A stretch of DNA of 64,000 bases from Auanema rhodensis (Eukaryota > Animalia > Nematoda). The position numbers and the translations under genes are program-made. The stretch is taken from the NCBI GenBank assembly GCA_964057225.1, contig OZ059899.1, positions 19,158,001 through 19,222,000 on the forward strand, in the 5' to 3' direction. The notes under the pieces are model-generated. The model saw only the letters and a program-made list of their open reading frames with translations, was not told where the DNA came from and made no database searches. Shown one piece after another: positions 54,101-64,000 of the stretch (its first letter is position 1; each line of letters opens with the position of its first letter).

Positions 54101-57100
54101 GATGCGGTTTTCAAAATTAGATTCCCCATGTCCATATTAGTCTAAAAACAAATTTTTATTGATATTGGTGCATGGTAACCATGACTTTGAAATTTACGTG
54201 AACTTTAATTTATGCTAATTAAACGTACACGTGGTGTGCACTCGGTATGTAACTCGCTTCACGTGAAAGATAAAGAGATGCGGTTTTTAAAATTAGATTC
54301 CCCATGTCCATATTAATCTAAAAACAATTTTTTATTGATATTGGTGCATGGTAACCATGATTTTGAAATTTACGTGAACTTTAATTTATGCTAATTAAAC
54401 GTACACGTGGTGTGCACTCGGTATGTAACTCGCTTCACGTGAAAGATAAAGAGATGCGGTTTTCAAAATTAGATTCCCCATGTCCATATTAGTCTAAAAA
54501 CAAATTTTTATTGATATTGGTGCATGGTAACCATGACTTTGAAATTTACGTGAACTTTAATTTATGCTAATTAAACGTACACGTGGTGTGCACTCGGTAT
54601 GTAACTCGATTCACGTGAAAGATAAAGAGATGCGGTTTTCAAAATTAGATTCCCCATGTCCATATTAGTCTAAAAACAAATTTTTATTGATATTGGTGCA
54701 TGGTAACCATGATTTTGAAATTTACGTGAACTTTAATTTATGCTAATTAAACGTACACGTGATGTGCACTTGGTATGTAACTCGCTTCACGTGAAAGATA
54801 AAGAGATGCGGTTTTTAAAATTAGATTCCCCATGTCCATATTAGTCTAAAAACAATTTTTTACTGATATTGGTGCATGGTAACCATGATTTTGAAATTTA
54901 CGTGAACTTTAATTTATGCTAATTAAACGTACACGTGGTGTGCACTCGGTATGTAACTCGCTTCACGTGAAAGATAAAGAGATGCGGTTTTCAAAATTAG
55001 ATTCCCCATGTCCATATTAGTCTAAAAACAAATTTTTATTGATATTGGTGCATGGTAACCATGACTTTGAAATTTACGTGAACTTTAATTTATGCTAATT
55101 AAACGTACACGTGGTGTGCACTCGGTATGTAACTCGATTCACGTGAAAGATAAAGAGATGCGGTTTTCAAAATTAGATTCCCCATGTCCATATTAGTCTA
55201 AAAACAAATTTTTTTTGATATTGGTGCATGGTAACCATGATTTTGAAATTTACGTGAACTTTAATTTATGCTAATTAAATGTACACGTGGTGTGCACTCG
55301 GTATGTAACTCGCTTCACGTGAAAGATAAAGAGATGCGGTTTTCAAAATTAGATTCCGCATGTCCATATTAGTCTAAAAACAAATTTTTATTGATATTGG
55401 TGCATGGTAACCATGACTTTGAATTTTACGTGAACTTTAATTTATGCTAATTAAACGTACACGTGGTGTGCACTCGGTATGTAACTCGCTTCACGTGAAA
55501 GATAAAGAGATGCGGTTTTCAAAATTAGATTCCCCATGTCCATATTAGTCTAAAAACAAATTTTTATTGATATTGGTGCATGGTAACCATGACTTTGAAA
55601 TTTACGTGAACTTTAATTTATGCTACATAAATGTACACGTGATGTGCACTTGGTATGTAACTCGCTTCACGTGAAAGATAAAAAGATGCGCTTTTTAAAA
55701 TTAGATTCCCCATGTCCATATTAGTCTAAAAACAATTTTTTACTGATATTGGTGCATGGTAACCATGACTTTGAAATTTACGTGAACTTTAATTTATGCT
55801 AATTAAACGTACACGTGGTGTGCACTCGGTATGTAACTCGCTTCACGTGTAAGATAAAGAGATGCGGTTTTCAAAATTAGATTCCCCATGTCCATATTAG
55901 TCTAAAAACAAATTTTTATTGATATTGGTGCATGGTAACCATGATTTTGAAATTTACGTGAACTTTAATTTATGCTAATTAAATGTACACGTGGTGTGCA
56001 CTCGGTATGTAACTCGCTTCACGTGAAAGATAAAGAGATGCAGTTATCAAAATTAGATTCCCCATGTCCATATTAGTCTAAAAACAAATTTTTATTGATA
56101 TTGGTGCATGGTAACCATGACTTTGAAATTTACGTGAACTTTAATTTATGCTAATTAAACGTACACGTGATGTGCACTTGGTATGTAACTCGCTTCACGT
56201 GAAAGATAAAGAGATGCGGTTTTTAAAATTAGATTCCCCATGTCCATATTAGTCTAAAAACAATTTTTTACTGATATTGGTGCATGGTAACCATGATCTT
56301 GAAATTTACGTGAACTTTAATTTATGCTAATTAAACGTACACGTGGTGTGCATTCGGTATGTAACTCGCTTCACGTGAAAGATAAAGAGATGCGGTTTTC
56401 AAAATTAGATTCCCCATGTCCATATTAGTCTAAAAACAAATTTTTTTTGATATTGGTGCATGGTAACCATGACTTTGAATTTTACGTGAACTTTAATTTA
56501 TGCTACATAAATGTACACGTGATGTGCACTTGGTATGTAACTCGCTTCACGTGAAAGATAAAAAGATGCGCTTTTTAAAATTAGATTCCCCATGTCCATA
56601 TTAGTCTAAAAACAAATTTTTATTGATATTGGTGCATGGTAACCATGACTTTGAAATTTACGTGAACTTTAATTTATGCTACATAAATGTACACGTGATG
56701 TGCACTTGGTATGTAACTCGCTTCACGTGAAAGATAAAAAGATGCGCTTTTTAAAATTAGATTCCCCATGTCCATATTAGTCTAAAAACAATTTTTTACT
56801 GATATTGGTGCATGGTAACCATGACTTTGAAATTTACGTGAACTTTAATTTATGCTAATTAAACGTACACGTGGTGTGCACTCGGTATGTAACTCGCTTC
56901 ACGTGTAAGATAAAGAGATGCGGTTTTCAAAATTAGATTCCCCATGTCCATATTAGTCTAAAAACAAATTTTTATTGATATTGGTGCATGGTAACCATGA
57001 CTTTGAAATTTACGTGAACTTTAATTTATGCTAATTAAACGTACACGTGGTGTGCACTCGGTATGTAACTCGCTTCACGTGTAAGATAAAGAGATGCGGT

Positions 57101-59050
57101 TTTCAAAACTAGATTCCCCATGTCCATATTAGTCTAAAAACAAATTTTTATTGATATTGGTGCATGGTAACCATGATCTTGAAATTTACGTGAACTTTAA
57201 TTTATGCTAATTAAACGTACACGTGGTGTGCACTCGGTATGTAACTCGCTTCACGTGAAAGATAAAGAGATGCGGTTTTTAAAATTAGATTCCCCATGTC
57301 CATATTAGTCTAAAAACAAATTTTTATTGATATTGGTGCATGGTAACCATGACTTTGAAATTTACGTGAACTTTAATTTATGCTACATAAATGTACACGT
57401 GATGTGCACTTGGTATGTAACTCGCTTCACGTGAAAGATAAAAAGATGCGCTTTTTAAAATTAGATTCCCCATGTCCATATTAGTCTAAAAACAAATTTT
57501 TATTGATATTGGTTCATGGTAACCATGACTTTGAAATTTACGTGAACTTTAATTTATGCTAATTAAACGTACACGTGGTGTGCACTCGGTATGTAACTCG
57601 CTTCACGTGTAAGATAAAGAGATGCGGTTTTCAAAACTAGATTCCCCATGTCCATATTAGTCTAAAAACAAATTTTTATTGATATTGGTGCATGGTAACC
57701 ATGATTTTGAAATTTACGTGAACTTTAATTTATGCTAATTAAACGTACACGTGGTGTGCACTCGGTATGTAACTCGCTTCACGTGAAAGATAAAGAGATG
57801 CAGTTATCAAAATTAGATTCCCCATGTCCATAGTAGTCTAAAAACAAATTTTTATTGATATTGGTGCATGGTAACCATGACTTTGAAATTTACGTGAACT
57901 TTAATTTATGCTAATTAAACGTACACGTGGTGTGCACTCGGTATGTAACTCGCTTCACGTGAAAGATAAAGAGATGCAGTTATCAAAATTAGATTCCCCA
58001 TGTCCATAGTAGTCTAAAAACAAATTTTTATTGATATTGGTGCATGGTAACCATGACTTTGAAATTTACGTGAACTTTAATTTATGCTAATTAAACGTAC
58101 ACGTGTTGTGCACTCGGTATGTAACTCGCTTCACGTGGAAGATAAAGAGATGCGGTTTTCAAAATTAGATTCTTCATGTCCATATTAGTCTAAAAACAAT
58201 TTTTTACTGATATTGGTGCATGGTAACCATGATTTTGAAATTTACGTGAACTTTAATTTATGCTAATTAAACGTACACGTGATGTGCACTTGGTATGTAA
58301 CTCGCTTCACGTGAAAGATAAAGAGATGCGGTTTTTAAAATTAGATTCCGCATGTCCATATTAGTCTAAAAACAATTTTTTACTGATATTGGTGCATGGT
58401 AACCATGATTTTGAAATTTACGTGAACTTTAATTTATGCTAATTAAACGTACACGTGGTGTGCACTCGGTATGTAACTCGCTTCACGTGAAAGATAAAGA
58501 GATGCGGTTTTCAAAATTAGATTCCCCATGTCCATATTAGTCTAAAAACAAATTTTTATTGATATTGGTGCATGGTAACCATGACTTTGAAATTTACGTG
58601 AACTTTAATTTATGCTAATTAAATGTACACGTGGTGTGCACTCGGTATGTAACTCGCTTCACGTGAAAGATAAAGAGATGCAGTTATCAAAATTAGATTC
58701 CCCATGTCCATATTAGTCTAAAAACAAATTTTTATTGATATTGGTGCATGGTAACCATGACTTTGAAATTTACGTGAACTTTAATTTATGCTAATTAAAC
58801 GTACACGTGTTGTGCACTCGGTATGTAACTCGCTTCACGTGGAAGATAAAGAGATGCGGTTTTCAAAATTAGATTCTTCATGTCCATATTAGTCTAAAAA
58901 CAATTTTTTACTGATATTGGTGCATGGTAACCATGATTTTGAAATTTACGTGAACTTTAATTTATGCTAATTAAACGTACACGTGATGTGCACTTGGTAT
59001 GTAACTCGCTTCACGTGAAAGATAAAGAGATGCGGTTTTTAAAATTAGAT
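38851..59050 (+). repeat. Tandem segmental duplication, period 10,031 bp (57 monomers minus 1 bp)
   Basis: Rare variants repeat at an offset of 10031: 42759/52790 (TTTATG), 43832/53863 (GTTAAT), 44285/54316 (TTAATC), 46322/56353 (CATTCGG), 48141/58172 (CTTCAT), plus the TCCC 1-bp deletion at ~42863/~52894. Confidence 0.93.
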
Positions 59051-62000
59051 TCCGCATGTCCATATTAGTCTAAAAACAATTTTTTACTGATATTGGTGCA
59101 TGGTAACCATGATTTTGAAATTTACGTGAACTTTAATTTATGCTAATTAAACGTACACGTGGTGTGCACTCGGTATGTAACTCGCTTCACGTGAAAGATA
59201 AAGAGATGCGGTTTTCAAAATTAGATTCCCCATGTCCATATTAGTCTAAAAACAAATTTTTATTGATATTGGTGCATGGTAACCATGACTTTGAAATTTA
59301 CGTGAACTTTAATTTATGCTAATTAAACGTACACGTGGTGTGCACTCGGTATGTAACTCGCTTCACGTGAAAGATAAAGAGATGCGGTTCTCAAAATTAG
59401 ATTCCCCATGTCCATATTAGTCTAAAAACAAATTTTTTTTGATATTGGTGTATGGTAACCATGATTTTGAAATTTACGTGAACTTTAATTTATGCTAATT
59501 AAACGTACACGTTGTGTGCACTCGGTATGTAATTCGCTTCACGTGACAGATAAAGAGATGCGGTTTTCAAAATTAGATTCTTCATGTCCATATTAGTCTA
59601 AAAACAATTTTTTACTGATATTGGTGCATGGTAACCATGACTTTGAAATTTACGTGAACTTTAATTTATGCTAATTAAACGTACACGTGGTGTGCACTCG
59701 GTATGTAACTCGCTTCACGTGAGAGATAAAGAGATGCGGTTTTCAAAATTAGATTCCCCATGTCCATATTAGTCTAAAAACAAATTTTTTTTGATATTGG
59801 TGCATGGTAACCATGACTTTGAATTTTACGTGAACTTTAATTTATGCTAATTAAACGTACACGTGGTGTGCACTCGGTATGTAACTCGCTTCACGTGAAA
59901 GATAAAGAGATGCGGTTTTCAAAATTAGATTCCCCATGTCCATATTAGTCTAAAAACAAATTTTTTTTGATATTTGTGCATGGTAACCATGATTTTGAAA
60001 TTTACGTGAACTTTAATTTATGCTAATTAAATGTACACGTGATGTGCACTCGGTATGTAACTCGCTTCACGTGAAAGATAAAAAGATGCGGTTTTCAAAA
60101 TTAGATTCCCCATGTCCATATTAGTCTAAAAACAAATTTTTTTTGATATTGGTGCATGGTAACCATGACTTTGAATTTTACGTGAACTTTAATTTATGCT
60201 AATTAAACGTACACGTGGTGTGCACTCGGTATGTAACTCGCTTCACGTGAAAGATAAAGAGATGCGGTTTTCAAAATTAGATTCCCCATGTCCATATTAG
60301 TCTAAAAACAAATTTTTATTGATATTGGTGCATGGTAACCATGACTTTGAAATTTACGTGAACTTTAATTTATGCTACATAAATGTACACGTGATGTGCA
60401 CTTGGTATGTAACTCGCTTCACGTGAAAGATAAAAAGATGCGCTTTTTAAAATTAGATTCCCCATGTCCATATTAGTCTAAAAACAATTTTTTACTGATA
60501 TTGGTGCATGGTAACCATGACTTTGAAATTTACGTGAACTTTAATTTATGCTAATTAAACGTACACGTGGTGTGCACTCGGTATGTAACTCGCTTCACGT
60601 GAAAGATAAAGAGATGCGGTTTTCAAAATTAGATTCCCCATGTCCATATTAGTCTAAAAACAAATTTTTATTGATATTGGTGCATGGTAACCATGACTTT
60701 GAAATTTACGTGAACTTTAATTTATGCTAATTAAACGTACACGTGGTGTGCACTCGGTATGTAACTCGATTCACGTGTAAGATAAAGAGATGCGGTTTTC
60801 AAAATTAGATTCCCCATGTCCATATTAGTCTGAAAACAAATTTTTATTGATATTGGTGCATGGTAACCATGACTTTGAAATTTACGTGAACTTTAATTTA
60901 TGCTAATTAAACGTACACGTGGTGTGCACTCGGTATGTAACTAGCTTCACGTGTAAGATAAAGAGATGCGGTTTTCAAAATTAGATTCCCCATGTCCATA
61001 TTAGTCTAAAAACAAATTTTTATTGATATTGGTGCATGGTAACCATGATTTTGAAATTTACGTGAACTTTAATTTATGCTAATTAAATGTACACGTGGTG
61101 TGCACTCGGTATGTAACTCGCTTCACGTGAAAGATAAAGAGATGCAGTTATCAAAATTAGATTCCCCATGTCCATATTAGTCTAAAAACAAATTTTTATT
61201 GATATTGGTGCATGGTAACCATGACTTTGAAATTTACGTGAACTTTAATTTATGCTAATTAAATGTACACGTGGTGTGCACTCGGTATGTAACTCGCTTC
61301 ACGTGAAAGATAAAGAGATGCAGTTATCAAAATTAGATTCCCCATGTCCATATTAGTCTAAAAACAAATTTTTATTGATATTGGTGCATGGTAACCATGA
61401 CTTTGAAATTTACGTGAACTTTAATTTATGCTAATTAAACGTACACGTGGTGTGCACTCGGTATGTAACTCGCTTCACGTGAAAGATAAAGAGATGCGGT
61501 TTTCAAAATTAGATTCTTCATGTCCATATTAGTCTAAAAACAATTTTTTACTGATATTGGTGCATGGTAACCATGATTTTGAAATTTACGTGAACTTTAA
61601 TTTATGCTAATTAAACGTACACGTGATGTGCACTTGGTATGTAACTCGCTTCACGTGAAAGATAAAGAGATGCGGTTTTCAAAATTAGATTCCCCATGTC
61701 CATATTAGTCTAAAAACAAATTTTTATTGATATTGGTGCATGGTAACCATGACTTTGAAATTTACGTGAACTTTAATTTATGCTAATTAAACGTACACGT
61801 GGTGTGCACTCGGTATGTAACTCGCTTCACGTGAAAGATAAAGAGATGCGGTTCTCAAAATTAGATTCCCCATGTCCATATTAGTCTAAAAACAAATTTT
61901 TTTTGATATTGGTGTATGGTAACCATGATTTTGAAATTTACGTGAACTTTAATTTATGCTAATTAAATGTACACGTGGTCTGCACTCGGTATGTAACTCG

Positions 62001-64000
62001 CTTCACGTGAAAGATAAGGAGATGCGGTTTTCAAAATTAGATTCCCCATGTCCATATTAGTCTAAAAACAAATTTTTATTGATATTGGTGCATGGTAACC
62101 ATGACTTTGAATTTTACGTGAACTTTAATTTATGCTAATCAAACGTACACGTGGTGTGCATTCGGTATGTAACTCGCTTCACGTGAAAGATAAAGAGATG
62201 CGGTTTTCAAAATTAGATTCCCCATGTCCATATTAGTCTAAAAACAAATTTTTATTGATATTGGTGCATGGTAACCATGATTTTGAAATTTACGTGAACT
62301 TTAATTTATGCTAATTAAACGTACACGTGATGTGCACTTGGTATGTAACTCGCTTCACGTGAAAGATAAAGAGATGCGCTTTTTTAAATTAGATTCCTCA
62401 TGTCCATATTAGTCTAAAAACAAATTTTTATTGATATTGGTGCATGGTAACCATGACTTTGAAATTTACGTGAACTTTAATTTATGCTAATTAAACGTAC
62501 ACGTGGTGTGCACTCGGTATGTAACTCGCTTCACGTGAAAGATAAAGAGATGCGGTTTTCAAAATTAGATTCCCCATGTCCATATTAGTCTAAAAACAAA
62601 TTTTTTTTGATATTGGTGCATGGTAACCATGATTTTGAAATTTACGTGAACTTTAATTTATGCTAATTAAATGTACACGTGATGTGCACTCGGTATGTAA
62701 CTCGCTTCACGTGAAAGATAAAAAGATGCGGTTTTCAAAATTAGATTCCCCATGTCCATATTAGTCTAAAAACAAATTTTTTTTGATATTGGTGCATGGT
62801 AACCATGACTTTGAATTTTACGTGAACTTTAATTTATGCTAATTAAACGTACACGTGGTGTGCACTCGGTATGTAACTCGCTTCACGTGAAAGATAAAGA
62901 GATGCGGTTTTCAAAATTAGATTCCCCATGTCCATATTAGTCTAAAAACAAATTTTTATTGATATTGGTGCATGGTAACCATGACTTTGAAATTTACGTG
63001 AACTTTAATTTATGCTACATAAATGTACACGTGATGTGCACTTGGTATGTAACTCGCTTCACGTGAAAGATAAAAAGATGCGCTTTTTAAAATTAGATTC
63101 CCCATGTCCATATTAGTCTAAAAACAATTTTTTACTGATATTGGTGCATGGTAACCATGACTTTGAAATTTACGTGAACTTTAATTTATGCTAATTAAAC
63201 GTACACGTGGTGTGCACTCGGTATGTAACTCGCTTCACGTGTAAGATAAAGAGATGCGGTTTTCAAAATTAGATTCCCCATGTCCATATTAGTCTGAAAA
63301 CAAATTTTTATTGATATTGGTGCATGGTAACCATGACTTTGAAATTTACGTGAACTTTAATTTATGCTAATTAAACGTACACGTGGTGTGCACTCGGTAT
63401 GTAACTAGCTTCACGTGTAAGATAAAGAGATGCGGTTTTCAAAATTAGATTCCCCATGTCCATATTAGTCTAAAAACAAATTTTTATTGATATTGGTGCA
63501 TGGTAACCATGACTTTGAAATTTACGTGAACTTTAATTTATGCTAATTAAATGTACACGTGGTGTGCACTCGGTATGTAACTCGCTTCACGTGAAAGATA
63601 AAGAGATGCAGTTATCAAAATTAGATTCCCCATGTCCATATTAGTCTAAAAACAAATTTTTATTGATATTGGTGCATGGTAACCATGACTTTGAAATTTA
63701 CGTGAACTTTAATTTATGCTAATTAAACGTACACGTGGTGTGCACTCGGTATGTAACTCGCTTCACGTGAAAGATAAAGAGATGCGGTTCTCAAAATTAG
63801 ATTCCCCATGTCCATATTAGTCTAAAAACAAATTTTTTTTGATATTGGTGTATGGTAACCGTGATTTTGAAATTTACGTGAACTTTAATTTATGCTAATT
63901 AAACGTACACGTGGTGTGCACTCGGTATGTAATTCGCTTCACGTGACAGATAAAGAGATGCGGTTTTCAAAATTAGATTCTTCATGTCCATATTAGTCTA

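Larger units (their letters stand above)
1..64000. repeat. 176-bp tandem satellite DNA array (~363 monomers), probably centromeric or pericentromeric; family and organism not identified
   Basis: TATGTAACTCGC recurs at 1, 177, 353, 529 and so on (period 176) and continues to the window end. Monomers differ at a handful of recurrent positions. About 60 of 176 bases are G+C. No unique DNA is interspersed. The centromeric role is an inference from monomer length and homogeneity. Confidence 0.99.
13669..64000 (+). repeat. Forward-orientation satellite sub-array 2 (~286 monomers)
   Basis: Forward monomers resume at AAAAACAATTTTTTACTG (13669) and continue to the end. The only length changes seen are five 1-bp deletions (~30570, ~32325, ~37076, ~42863, ~52894). 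Confidence 0.97.

Noticed and set aside
1-64000. CRISPR array or other repeat-spacer system
   Set aside because: There are no unique spacers; the entire 176 bp is repeated, and no cas or other genes are present.
1-64000. Protein-coding repeat ORFs
   Set aside because: The period is not a multiple of 3 and TAA/TAG/TGA are frequent on both strands, so only trivial ORFs are possible.
1-64000. Tandem 5S rRNA, tRNA or snRNA gene cluster
   Set aside because: The AT-rich monomer shows no recognisable 5S, tRNA cloverleaf or Pol III box features.
1-64000. Global 15-monomer (2640 bp) periodicity suggested by repeating line layout
   Set aside because: This is a formatting effect, since 2640 is the common multiple of 176 and 60; variant patterns support a 15-monomer offset only locally.

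Overview
The whole 64-kb window is one eukaryotic satellite-DNA array of about 363 copies of a 176-bp, ~34% GC monomer (consensus TATGTAACTCGCTTCACGTGAAAGATAAAGAGATGCGGTTTTCAAAATTAGATTCCCCATGTCCATATTAGTCTAAAAACAAATTTTTATTGATATTGGTGCATGGTAACCATGACTTTGAAATTTACGTGAACTTTAATTTATGCTAATTAAACGTACACGTGGTGTGCACTCGG). Copies differ by only a few substitutions, as in an actively homogenised centromeric or pericentromeric array. I see no genes, RNA genes, transposons, CRISPR spacers or unique DNA, and I cannot assign the family or organism. The interest is architectural. (1) A ~7.0-kb inverted block (6646-13671) is not a simple inversion: most of it (8624-~13537) is a mirror copy of the DNA just downstream (13669-18758), giving a ~10-kb quasi-palindrome with a ~130-bp spacer, while 6646-8624 resembles the upstream sub-array. 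Its three junctions carry 1-4 bp microhomologies. (2) There is a near-perfect 10,031-bp (57-monomer) tandem duplication. (3) Short-lived local higher-order repeats with periods of 4 to 27 monomers form a patchwork. (4) Variant haplotypes turn over in layers along the array. (5) The monomer is rich in palindromes (two CACGTG, GTGCAC, CATGGTAACCATG). All comparisons were made by eye from diagnostic variants, so block boundaries are approximate.
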